From Acinetobacter phage Ab5: 64,000 nucleotides of DNA. Shown one piece after another: positions 10,477 to 19,522 of the stretch. Below the pieces are notes generated by a model. The model had not been told where the DNA came from. It ran no database searches and worked only from the letters and a program-made list of their open reading frames with translations. The stretch lies in sequence record PP763257.1. One strand, written 5' to 3'. Positions within the stretch are counted from its first letter, which is position 1. Each line of letters opens with the position of its first letter. The translations under genes and the position numbers were made by a program.

Positions 10477-11062
10477 TTTTGACAAAATTAGAAATTCACT
10501 ATTTGGTGGAAAATTAAAACAAACACAAGTTGATGGTATTAACTCTATCCTAGAATCAATCAATAAACATGGTATTTCTAAAGAACAGGTTGCATATGTT
10601 TTTGCTACTGTTTATCACGAAACAGCTAGAACCATGCAACCAATTGAAGAGTATGGTAAAGGAAAAGGTAGACCATACGGAACTTGGTATAAGAATTCTA
10701 AAGGTGAGTTATTCTCTTGGAAGAATGGTAATAAGAACACAGCTTATTTATACAAAGATTATCCACACCTATATTATGGTAGATCATTTCCACAATTAAC
10801 GTGGTTTGATAATTACGAAAAAGCGGGGAAGATTCTTAATGTTGATTTTTTAAGAAATCCTTCATTAGTTATGGACTTAAAATACGCATCTGAAATCCTA
10901 GTTGTAGGGATGATGGATGGTTGGTTTACACACAAGAAATTATCAGATTATATTAATCATTCTAAAAAAGATTATTACAACGCAAGAAAAATCATAAACG
11001 GAACAGATAAAGCAGCATTAATTGCTGAATATGCTTCTGAGTTTGAAGACGCATTATTTTAA
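10466..11062 (+). CDS. endolysin, glycoside hydrolase family 19 (chitinase-like)
   Basis: The sequence YYGRSFPQLTWFDNY matches the GH19 catalytic-core signature (YYGRGPIQLTWNYNY type). Confidence 0.75.
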   Translation: MKINFDKIRNSLFGGKLKQTQVDGINSILESINKHGISKEQVAYVFATVYHETARTMQPIEEYGKGKGRPYGTWYKNSKGELFSWKNGNKNTAYLYKDYPHLYYGRSFPQLTWFDNYEKAGKILNVDFLRNPSLVMDLKYASEILVVGMMDGWFTHKKLSDYINHSKKDYYNARKIINGTDKAALIAEYASEFEDALF

Positions 11063-11071
11063 GAGGGAAAA

Positions 11072-13345
11072 ATGGCTAGTACAAAAATACAAAATCTTCC
11101 ACTAAAAGCTCCCATTGGAGCAATGAAGATTCCTACTGGTGGCTTTGGTGACTACAGTATTACAGTTAGTAGTATTGGAGATTTTATTATTGATGCATTT
11201 AATCTAGCCACTAAAGATTATGTAGACAACATTCTTATTGAGAAAGAAGATCGAATAGACACAACAGGTGGTTATCTTACCCCTACATCTCAAAATGCAA
11301 GTATCCCCGATACGACTAATGATGTCATTGATGAAGTCGCTCAAGCACTTCTTGATCGAATTGAATATGTTAAGGATAATTTCAGTTCTGCACCTTCCCA
11401 TAATGAGTTAGTAGGTAGAAGTGCTACAGGAGCGCACCCATCAACTTCTATTTCACATAAATCTGGAACTGTTTATACATACTTACAACAAAATGAATCT
11501 GACCTAAATAATTTAAATAATGTTGTTGTTCCTGAAATTAATAATTCGTTAGCAACAAAACAAGAATTAATTGAAACAGGTGAAGCACTAACCCCTGTTT
11601 CTACTCAGTCACCAGTTCCTTCTGTATCACATACAGGTCTAAATAGTGCAATTCAAGCATTACTTAATCGTACAGAGTGGTTGAAAAATAATAACTCCGT
11701 TAAATCAGTAAATAATAAAACTGGTGATGTTGTATTAACTCCAAGCGATATTGCAACTACTGGAACAAATAAATTAAATCCGACACCATCGCTGGTTGAT
11801 GTTCCAGAGCTTCTAGATAAGAATGGTGTGAGAGATACAAACGCAAACGCTCAAGCTCAGGCATTATTAAACTTATCATACTATGCTATAGATTCATTAA
11901 AAGGTGTACCTCTGACTGTTGATAATTTTGGGGCGAAGGGAGATGGTGTAACCGATGATTCGGCAGCTTTTCAGGCATACGTAGATAGTCCACTAACAGG
12001 AATGAATGTTCATCTAGGTGCAAGAGGTCGTTATAAAATATCAAAACAAGTTGATCTAAAAGGGAAAAATCTCATTGGTTCTGGAATGGGTAGAATTAGT
12101 GAATTTTACTACAACCTTTCTTGCATCGATGTTGATGGTTCTAGTGCTGATTTACTGAATAAAACGACATTTTTAAATTGTGGCCCAATGATCCATAACT
12201 TAACAGTACGGTGTTCTAACGGTGCTGGCAAGCAAGTATCTTTTATCGAAATTGATGGATATCTTGCAAATATTCAAAATGTTTCAATGGTTAATTTTTA
12301 CAATCAAATTACAGTTAAGAATGCTCTAGTTGGTTTCTATTGCAAAAACATTTGGTCTTATTACTCTCAAAATTCAGGTATATACTGTGACGACCCAGAT
12401 AATCGAGTCAGCACAACTGGCGTATTTGATAGCATATATTTTCAGCTTGGTGACGGTTATGCGATGAAATTTAACAGAGATATACATGGTTGTCAGTTTG
12501 ATAATATTATCTATGAGTCAATGAACGGTGGAATCCGCGCAAGAACAGTAGCAACTTGTGATTTTGGTCAATTTTGGTGTGAAAACTTAAAGACAGAGAC
12601 GTCAAAACCCTGGCTTGAAGTTGTTGGAACATCCAATAGTTGCTACGGAAACACATTTAAAGGTTATATTAAGTTGCTTGGTGGTTGGACTGACCCATCA
12701 TCCGCTATAGCTCCATCATCTTCATCTAATAATTATGGCGGAGTGAGTGTTAGTAGTAATGGTGTAGCTATTGGTAGCGCTAGCAATAACGCAAAAATGA
12801 CAATGGTATCTACTGGTTTTAGAACTGGAAATGGAGTAATACAAGAAACTCGATTAGATCAAACATCCACCACTCCGATATCTAAATCAAGATTGATTGG
12901 CGCGGATGGGGCGGGCGCTCCATATTTAGCTGCTGATACTTACACCAAGCTGTCTAGAAAGTGGGCGACATACAATCACGGATCAAACAATACTGGGGCA
13001 TTTTACGCACCTATGATGTTGACTTACGACCAATCATTTTCAACACCACAAATTAACAATGGTTGGCAAATCGTTAAAGAATCTACTGGCGTTTATCGGG
13101 TTGAACGTGTTTCTGGGAATACTTCGGTAATCACAAATGGGCATATTGTTGTTGGCTCACCACTAATGGGAAGTCGAAAAGGTAGTGGCGCAGCAGCAAT
13201 GCACGGATTGCAAATGATAGATACGTATACAGATTCATGGGCGTTATACGCAGAAGCCGCTGGGTTCAAGGTTTTTTGGAAGGATTACGCCAATAATCCG
13301 GTAGACCCTTACAGATTTTCTGTTGCATTTACAGCAACGAGCTAA
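11072..13345 (+). CDS. tailspike/tail fibre with a pectate-lyase-like beta-helix (putative depolymerase)
   Basis: 757 aa. The N-terminus is shared with the next fibre gene. The DNFGAKGDGVTDDSAAFQAYV motif is typical of right-handed beta-helix glycanases. It also carries repeated LLNRIEY…HPSTSISH modules. Confidence 0.65.
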   Translation: MASTKIQNLPLKAPIGAMKIPTGGFGDYSITVSSIGDFIIDAFNLATKDYVDNILIEKEDRIDTTGGYLTPTSQNASIPDTTNDVIDEVAQALLDRIEYVKDNFSSAPSHNELVGRSATGAHPSTSISHKSGTVYTYLQQNESDLNNLNNVVVPEINNSLATKQELIETGEALTPVSTQSPVPSVSHTGLNSAIQALLNRTEWLKNNNSVKSVNNKTGDVVLTPSDIATTGTNKLNPTPSLVDVPELLDKNGVRDTNANAQAQALLNLSYYAIDSLKGVPLTVDNFGAKGDGVTDDSAAFQAYVDSPLTGMNVHLGARGRYKISKQVDLKGKNLIGSGMGRISEFYYNLSCIDVDGSSADLLNKTTFLNCGPMIHNLTVRCSNGAGKQVSFIEIDGYLANIQNVSMVNFYNQITVKNALVGFYCKNIWSYYSQNSGIYCDDPDNRVSTTGVFDSIYFQLGDGYAMKFNRDIHGCQFDNIIYESMNGGIRARTVATCDFGQFWCENLKTETSKPWLEVVGTSNSCYGNTFKGYIKLLGGWTDPSSAIAPSSSSNNYGGVSVSSNGVAIGSASNNAKMTMVSTGFRTGNGVIQETRLDQTSTTPISKSRLIGADGAGAPYLAADTYTKLSRKWATYNHGSNNTGAFYAPMMLTYDQSFSTPQINNGWQIVKESTGVYRVERVSGNTSVITNGHIVVGSPLMGSRKGSGAAAMHGLQMIDTYTDSWALYAEAAGFKVFWKDYANNPVDPYRFSVAFTATS

Positions 13346-13380
13346 CACAAGAGTAAACCAATTAAAAACCTTGTTATAAT

Positions 13381-13407
13381 AACCCCCATACGTGGGGGTT
13401 ATTTTTA
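13381..13407 (+). terminator. intrinsic terminator
   Basis: The sequence aacccccatacgtgggggtt is followed by a T-tract. Confidence 0.7.
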
Positions 13408-13455
13408 TGACATTAACTAGAAGGGCATAACTTGAAATAATAAAGAGGAAAATAA

Positions 13456-14331
13456 GTGGCAGATTTAAGAATTGCTGATGCTCCAGAAATAGCATTAGAA
13501 AATATAACAGGAAACGAAAAAGTTCCTACTGGTGGCTACGGTAATTCAGCAGTCACTATTAACAACTTAGGGCAGTTTGCAAAAACTGCTTTATCTTTAG
13601 CAACAGAATCACATGTTTCAAATGCTGTTGGTCAAAAAGAAGATAAGATAACTTTAACAGGTGTTGATTTAACACCTAGCTCAACATATTCTGATATTCC
13701 TCAAACAAATAACAATGTTTTGAACACCGTTCATCAAGACTTATTAAATCGTATGGAGTGGATTAAGGATAACGTTGTAGTTGTTACTGACCACCAAGCT
13801 TTACAGAACAGGAATGCTAGTAATACACATCCAAGTACCTCAATTTCACACAACGGAGCATCCAATGTTTCTATTGAAATTGAGGAATTAAAGAATGATG
13901 TACTGACAATTAATACAGAGACTATTCCTGAACTAAGCAATACCCTTATTGGTAAGCAAGATGTAATTGTTAATGATACTAACTTAACACCGACTTCCGT
14001 TTTAAGTCCTGTACCTTCAACCAATAACCCATCTTTAAATTCATCTCTACAAGCTCTGATGAATAGGATTGAATATTATAGAGTTGGAGTTAGGTTTACA
14101 GGAAATTATGATTTTCCATCTGTAGCAGCAGGTCAACAAGTATCAACAACAATCACCACAACAGGTTTGGTTGTTGGAGATCATGTTTCTGTCACACTTA
14201 GTGCTCCTCTACAAGGTTGTTCAATTAGGGGTGAAGTTACCAGTTCTAATACAACAACAGTTTACTTATTTAATCCAACAGGAGCTAGTGTTGACATAGG
14301 TTCAGCAACCATTTCAGTTCTTAAATTATAA
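13456..14331 (+). CDS. tail fibre protein
   Basis: The N-terminal (PTGGYGNS) and LLNRMEWIKDN…HPSTSISH modules are shared with 11072..13345. Confidence 0.6.
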   Translation: MADLRIADAPEIALENITGNEKVPTGGYGNSAVTINNLGQFAKTALSLATESHVSNAVGQKEDKITLTGVDLTPSSTYSDIPQTNNNVLNTVHQDLLNRMEWIKDNVVVVTDHQALQNRNASNTHPSTSISHNGASNVSIEIEELKNDVLTINTETIPELSNTLIGKQDVIVNDTNLTPTSVLSPVPSTNNPSLNSSLQALMNRIEYYRVGVRFTGNYDFPSVAAGQQVSTTITTTGLVVGDHVSVTLSAPLQGCSIRGEVTSSNTTTVYLFNPTGASVDIGSATISVLKL

Positions 14332-14334
14332 AAT

Positions 14335-14370
14335 AAAAGACAACTATCATTTTTGATAGTTGTCTTTTTT
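14335..14370 (+). terminator. intrinsic terminator ending the late operon
   Basis: A perfect hairpin, aaagacaactatca-tttt-tgatagttgtcttt, followed by a T-tract. Confidence 0.8.
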
Positions 14371-14508
14371 ACGTCTATTGTTTTATCAAAATGATAAAAT
14401 CGAATTTATCAAATAGATTTACTATAGTTCATTTTGAATTACTGTAGTTCACATTGATAATTTGTTTAATAAGACAAATAGGTTTTAAATATGTTCTAAA
14501 TAAGAGAT

Positions 14509-14537
14509 TTGACAAAAGAAAAAGAAGTGACTATCAT
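14509..14537 (+). promoter_or_regulatory. sigma-A-type promoter
   Basis: TTGACA-N17-TATCAT upstream of the RBS and GTG start at 14566. Confidence 0.55.
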
Positions 14538-14565
14538 TCGATTTGTTTTGTTGTAGGAGGTTTTT

Positions 14566-15444
14566 GTGTTTAAAGGTTTAATTTCAGAAGTAGCAAAAGA
14601 TGCTGGTCGTAGTGCAGCATTAATCATTAATCAATTATTTCAATGGTATAAAGGAAGTAATTCAAAAAAGATTTACCGTACAAATCAAGAGTTACATGAT
14701 GATTTGTGTGGAATCATGTCTACAGCAACAATTCAACGTTGTAAAAAAAGATTGATTGAGAAAGGTTATATTGAAGTTTCTTTTGATAAAGGTTTGAATC
14801 GTGTAACTCACTATTCACTTACAAAGAAAGCTTTAGAATTATTGGATAGCTCTAAAACATCTTCAGAAGCCCGTAGTGAGAAAAAAGAAGGAAAAGGTAG
14901 TGGTGTACCACACACTCCTAAAACATCACCACAACGTGCTAAAACAGGTATTAAAAAGGGTGCTATTGTACACTCATACGGAAATGTCAAATCAATGAAG
15001 GAATGTTTTGAAGAAGGAAGTGATAACAAGAATGCAGATCGTTCTTTAACTCTATCTGAACGACTAGCTCTGATGAAAGGAGAAAAGATTGATTTAAACA
15101 AGCATAATGACGCTTTAGAGCAATGTTTAGATGAAAGTGGTACAAACGTACCAGACAACATTAAAAATGTCTCTATGGAGCTTATAGACAGCTTAAATGA
15201 GGTGTGTAGTGTTAATGAAGAAGATGAACATTTAAATGCTCTATCACAACATGATTACGATGAATGTGATCTTGCTATGTTGAATTCTTTGAATAAGCAA
15301 CAAGAACATTTGACAGATGATAAGTTGACTGTTGGTCAATTATTAGGTAATATTGGTTCTGTATATAAATCAGGTGTGTCAGAAGCTAGAGAAAGAATCT
15401 ATCAGATGTCACAATTACAAAATGGTTACTTGGAGGATTATTGA
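14566..15444 (+). CDS. winged-helix DNA-binding protein, a candidate replication organiser or transcription regulator
   Basis: GTG start after GGAGG. The N-terminal 100 aa have HTH-like character, followed by an acidic C-terminal half. It is the first gene of the replication-side operon. Confidence 0.5.
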   Translation: MFKGLISEVAKDAGRSAALIINQLFQWYKGSNSKKIYRTNQELHDDLCGIMSTATIQRCKKRLIEKGYIEVSFDKGLNRVTHYSLTKKALELLDSSKTSSEARSEKKEGKGSGVPHTPKTSPQRAKTGIKKGAIVHSYGNVKSMKECFEEGSDNKNADRSLTLSERLALMKGEKIDLNKHNDALEQCLDESGTNVPDNIKNVSMELIDSLNEVCSVNEEDEHLNALSQHDYDECDLAMLNSLNKQQEHLTDDKLTVGQLLGNIGSVYKSGVSEARERIYQMSQLQNGYLEDY

Positions 15445-15566
15445 TGAAGAAGCTTTGTTATAGATGTTTGAATTATGACTACCCGTCAACAAGGAATAAA
15501 TCTGGTTATGGGCAAACGTTATTTCAGTGTTGTTCTAAATGTAAATGTTTTGTTTTCTTTAGTTGA
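15444..15566 (+). CDS. 40-aa Cys-rich (Zn-ribbon-like) miniprotein
   Basis: The ATG overlaps the upstream stop (TTGATGA). Motif CYRC…CCSKCKC. Below the track's length cutoff. Confidence 0.3.
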   Translation: MKKLCYRCLNYDYPSTRNKSGYGQTLFQCCSKCKCFVFFS

Positions 15567-15575
15567 GGAGTATTT

Positions 15576-15833
15576 ATGAGACATGATCATAATGAAGTAT
15601 ATGCAACACTTAGAAAGATGAATGAAAATATTGAAACCTATGAAGAGAAGATTGATAAGCGTTGTAAGAGAACAAAAGATATTATTTCTGAAAATATTGA
15701 AAAGCTTTATGATGTTGGATTTGATTTAGATTATTTTCAAGATTATACTGGTGATGAAAATCTTAAAGAAGCTTCTGAATTAATTAATAAATCATTGGAA
15801 TTAATGAAGAAGTTTGTGAGTAGTGTAAAATGA
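15576..15833 (+). CDS. hypothetical protein
   Basis: RBS GAGGAG precedes the start. Co-directional. Confidence 0.5.
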   Translation: MRHDHNEVYATLRKMNENIETYEEKIDKRCKRTKDIISENIEKLYDVGFDLDYFQDYTGDENLKEASELINKSLELMKKFVSSVK

Positions 15834-16105
15834 CTTACATATTTGATGTAAACAGCGAGATTCGGTGGTTGTATGATCATAGATTCGTTTGGGATTATTA
15901 TGGAGTTGATATACCAGATGGAAAACCTTATATCTTTGCAAGAACTAAAAGATGGAGTATAGGTTGCACAAGAATTAAAGGTGAGTTGTTCTTTGAGTGT
16001 TACTACAGAGATTCTGAAACATACGATTATAGTAGTATTTATATAGAAGATGTTTTAGAATATATAAATAGTATACATGGTGATGAAGAGTTAGTTTTTT
16101 ATTGA
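15830..16105 (+). CDS. hypothetical protein
   Basis: ATGA overlap coupling. Confidence 0.5.
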   Translation: MTYIFDVNSEIRWLYDHRFVWDYYGVDIPDGKPYIFARTKRWSIGCTRIKGELFFECYYRDSETYDYSSIYIEDVLEYINSIHGDEELVFY

Positions 16106-16112
16106 TTAGGAG

Positions 16113-16301
16113 ATGCTGGTGAAAGAATATACAGAAGTTTCAATTGGTACAGGATTGTATTATAGAGAAATGGTTGTACCAAAAGATGAAGTTCGTAAAT
16201 TTATTAAACAAGGTTGGAGGATTACACGATTTGCTAAAGTAGAACCAAACAAAATTTACGATAAATGGAAAAATGCAATTGATGCTATGGAGTCTGAATA
16301 A
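16113..16301 (+). CDS. hypothetical protein
   Basis: RBS AGGAG upstream. Confidence 0.45.
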   Translation: MLVKEYTEVSIGTGLYYREMVVPKDEVRKFIKQGWRITRFAKVEPNKIYDKWKNAIDAMESE

Positions 16302-16492
16302 TGAATAACATTCTACATGAAAACACAAGATATATTGTTACACACGAAACCTTGTGGGATGATAAAGAATGGTTTTACATTCAGATGAAGTTTGATACAA
16401 TGTCACCACTAACTGTTGATGTTAGAGAAACATTGGAAGAAGCTGTTTATTATGCTGATATTATGGAGAGGTTTTATAATGAGCAATATTAA
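16301..16492 (+). CDS. hypothetical protein
   Basis: ATGA overlap coupling. Confidence 0.45.
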   Translation: MNNILHENTRYIVTHETLWDDKEWFYIQMKFDTMSPLTVDVRETLEEAVYYADIMERFYNEQY

Positions 16493-17066
16493 AAATATTG
16501 ATATTTGTGAAGTTAAGAAAGATGTAGCTGATAAGCTATTAGATGTTGTAGATATTGTTGATACAGCAGAGGAAAAGAGACAACGGAATTTGTATGATGA
16601 TTTAGTTGCTAATTACGATAGTATTGAAGCTGTATTATTTACACTAAATCGTTGTGTTGACACATCATCATTAGGTTTCTACTTTGGTAATAAACGCTTG
16701 ATTCGTACTAGACATTTGTTAGATGATGTTAATAAATACAATGAGTTAAAAGGTTTTGATTTACCTATGTTACATAATGAACATGTTAAGCATGAAGACT
16801 TTCTATATATAATTAATATCATTACATCTGATATCTTCGGTGAGGATTATGTTTATGAATTTCATTGGGATGATTGGGATACGTGTTTGTTATGGAAAGA
16901 TGATACGATTGGTGAGTATTTGAAGTATGAATATTATCCTAATCTAAAGTTCTTTGCTTTACCAGCTATTATGTTATTTCCTTTCACTATATTATTCTTT
17001 ATCATAATGATTATTTGTTTAATGTTTGAAAAGAAGATTAGTTTAAAGACAAGGAACTTAATATGA
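16482..17066 (+). CDS. tail-anchored membrane protein
   Basis: ATG after GGAGAGG. The track start at 16416 looks too far upstream. A C-terminal TM helix is present (FFALPAIMLFPFTILFFIIMIICLMF). Confidence 0.45.
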   Translation, partial: SNIKNIDICEVKKDVADKLLDVVDIVDTAEEKRQRNLYDDLVANYDSIEAVLFTLNRCVDTSSLGFYFGNKRLIRTRHLLDDVNKYNELKGFDLPMLHNEHVKHEDFLYIINIITSDIFGEDYVYEFHWDDWDTCLLWKDDTIGEYLKYEYYPNLKFFALPAIMLFPFTILFFIIMIICLMFEKKISLKTRNLI

Positions 17067-17337
17067 TGTTTAATATAATATTATTATATCCAATAACATT
17101 CATTACATTCATGTTATGTAGCAATCTAAAGATTGACATTAATGTATTATTATTTCGTTTCACTCATAATAACATATCCAACCCTTGACCCCTTGAAACA
17201 TAATATCATGTCAAGACTAGGAGTCAAGCTTTTTTACAAATAATAACAAATATATTTAATTATTGTTTGTTAATTGTAAAATATGTAGACTATAAATTAT
17301 ACTTGGTTTATAGTCTTATTAAGTTTAAGGAGGTTTT

Positions 17338-17640
17338 ATGTTAGTATCGATTACTATCCTAATGGATAGCAATGTTCAGGCATGTTATGTTCGTGAAGTG
17401 CGTGATTTTGATTTCAAAGACTTAGATCAAGTTTTTGATTACTTCGAGTTATTCTTTGATATTGATGGTGTTAAGGATAAGTGTGGTGAAATTAAATATT
17501 CACCATTTGGTCGATGGTGCATTTTTGATTATGATCCAGATGGTGTTTCTCAAGAAGTTTTGATTACATGGGAGAATATTGAGTTATGGCACAAGAAATT
17601 GAAAGACAAGCTATCAAATCTTTTACAGAAGCTCTATTAG
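17338..17640 (+). CDS. hypothetical protein
   Basis: Strong RBS AAGGAGG. Follows a 270-bp intergenic region with a promoter-like sequence. Confidence 0.5.
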   Translation: MLVSITILMDSNVQACYVREVRDFDFKDLDQVFDYFELFFDIDGVKDKCGEIKYSPFGRWCIFDYDPDGVSQEVLITWENIELWHKKLKDKLSNLLQKLY

Positions 17641-17837
17641 CTATTAACGGTGCTTTGTTGAAGTCAGGTAGTAGTAAAGATGAAGCTGTTATAATGCTTC
17701 CTAGAGAGGACTTTAATTGGTGGTTTACTGTCTTACAATATCCAAATTCACCAGCAAGTAAGTTTTTTAAATATGATCCAGATAACAAGACTGAGTTTAC
17801 TCTAGCTGGAATTAAAGTTAGGAGTTTTGGTAAATGA
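17586..17837 (+). CDS. hypothetical protein (overlaps the 3' end of the preceding ORF)
   Basis: 83-aa ORF in a different frame. Uncertain. Confidence 0.3.
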   Translation: MAQEIERQAIKSFTEALLAINGALLKSGSSKDEAVIMLPREDFNWWFTVLQYPNSPASKFFKYDPDNKTEFTLAGIKVRSFGK

Positions 17838-18070
17838 GTGATTGGATTATGGTTGCAGATGGTGATGGTTTATTTATTTTTGATAGCTTGTGTGATGACT
17901 GTTTTGAAATACATCATGGTGGTGTATACATAAATAAAACATGTGAAAAATTCAAAGAGGATCATGAACACAAAAATTATCATGAAATTAAAGAATGGAC
18001 TGAAAAGACATTTCGTTCTTTAAGTGATAAATCAACATGGTTAATGTGTTATTTTGGAGAATGTAAATGA
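17834..18070 (+). CDS. Cys/His-rich small protein
   Basis: ATGA coupling. Contains CDDC…HH…C…C. Confidence 0.45.
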   Translation: MSDWIMVADGDGLFIFDSLCDDCFEIHHGGVYINKTCEKFKEDHEHKNYHEIKEWTEKTFRSLSDKSTWLMCYFGECK

Positions 18071-18357
18071 TTAAACGAATACCAAGTGAAGAAATACAGA
18101 AGTTAAAAAGAGCTAATTTCTGGTTGTGTCGAGACCGTGCACTTGCAAAAAAGATTATGCGAGAAAAGTTAGATGCTATTGTTGAAATAAATAAACAAAC
18201 GAGTTCAATGGCTTATTCAAAATTAAAGGAGTATACAAAGAAAAGAAATAAGTTACTTGATGAACATGACTTACTCATAGACCTGTACATTAGAATAAAT
18301 CAAGACATTTATCAAAATGGTAAAGAGATTATGAAACTTAGAGGATGTAAACGATGA
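18067..18357 (+). CDS. hypothetical protein
   Basis: ATGA coupling. Confidence 0.45.
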   Translation: MIKRIPSEEIQKLKRANFWLCRDRALAKKIMREKLDAIVEINKQTSSMAYSKLKEYTKKRNKLLDEHDLLIDLYIRINQDIYQNGKEIMKLRGCKR

Positions 18358-18548
18358 ATTTAGGTTTGTATGAAATAATGGATCGTGTTTCTGTTATACA
18401 ATCTTCTCTTGAGGATAATGTTAGACATCACCAAGAAGCTGATTCAAGAGTAGTTGAATTAGTTGATGAAGCGCAAGAAGTATTAAACATGCTTTATCAA
18501 TATGCTGCTAGTGAGTTTTATGACAGTTATGGAGATTGTGATGAGTAA
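18354..18548 (+). CDS. hypothetical protein
   Basis: ATGA coupling. Confidence 0.45.
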   Translation: MNLGLYEIMDRVSVIQSSLEDNVRHHQEADSRVVELVDEAQEVLNMLYQYAASEFYDSYGDCDE

Positions 18549-18948
18549 ATTATTTACACAGTTTTTTAGTAAAGCAAAAGATGGCGGTAAAGAATCTCCT
18601 GTAGATGGTTACTTCTTATTTGAAATTAAAGGTTTATGTTCTATTGCTTTGTTGAAGTTTAATAAAGGCACACGGGAAAAATTCCATACTCATGCTTTCA
18701 ATGCATTAACTTGGTTTATCTCAGGTAATCTTGTTGAAGAGAAAGTTAATGGTGATTTGTATAGATACAAACGATCAATCTTCCCTAAGATTACTTTGAA
18801 GTCAAATAATCATCGTGTAATTGCATTAAAAGACAGTTGGTGCTTGACAATTCGTGGAAGTTGGGATAATATGTGGACTGAATATGATAAGAAGACTGGA
18901 AAGACTACTTATCTAACACATGGTCGTAAGGAGGTTAAGTTTGTATAA
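18541..18948 (+). CDS. hypothetical protein
   Basis: ATG at 18541 (MSKLFTQ…) overlaps the upstream stop. The track start at 18502 is probably too early. Confidence 0.45.
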   Translation: MSKLFTQFFSKAKDGGKESPVDGYFLFEIKGLCSIALLKFNKGTREKFHTHAFNALTWFISGNLVEEKVNGDLYRYKRSIFPKITLKSNNHRVIALKDSWCLTIRGSWDNMWTEYDKKTGKTTYLTHGRKEVKFV

Positions 18949-19270
18949 TATTGTTAAATTAACTGTAAAGAATAGATCAACAATTGAATCTGGAAGTGTT
19001 GTTGAGATTGAAGTTAACGAAGAAGTGAAAATCCAACCTTCGCAATTAACTTATGATTCTTATGGAGAACTTGATGGGATAAAAACACCTTACGGTAAGT
19101 TGTACATTCGAAAGTCTATTGCAAAGAAAGGTGTTGTTCAAATGGTACATACACCTTTTCCATCGGGATATAAAGGTGTTCCGCTTGTGGTTTTAAAGAA
19201 TGAGGATGTTTCACCGATTGAACTCTTGGCTGGAGAAGAGATTGGAGAATTGTGGATTTTTGATTTATAG
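18920..19270 (+). CDS. hypothetical protein
   Basis: Co-directional ORF. Confidence 0.4.
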   Translation: MVVRRLSLYNIVKLTVKNRSTIESGSVVEIEVNEEVKIQPSQLTYDSYGELDGIKTPYGKLYIRKSIAKKGVVQMVHTPFPSGYKGVPLVVLKNEDVSPIELLAGEEIGELWIFDL

Positions 19271-19278
19271 AGGTGATT

Positions 19279-19449
19279 ATGAATTTTACAGAATATTTAA
19301 ATTTGGTTAAAGAGATTTTAAATGATAATGGTGTTGTATTATCGACAATGGAAGAGCATCATCAGGAAGAGTTGATTAAGAAATTTAAGAAGTGTTTTAA
19401 AGATGGTGAAGATGTTGATGAGGCAATAGACAGAGTTATGGGGTGGTGA
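19279..19449 (+). CDS. 56-aa hypothetical protein
   Basis: RBS GAGGTG precedes ATG 19279. Below the track cutoff. Confidence 0.35.
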   Translation: MNFTEYLNLVKEILNDNGVVLSTMEEHHQEELIKKFKKCFKDGEDVDEAIDRVMGW

Positions 19450-19522
19450 ATGAATTCACTATTGTAGTTTAATTAAATAAATTATTATTTAGGAGAATAC
19501 GTTTGTATTTCTCCTTTTTCTA

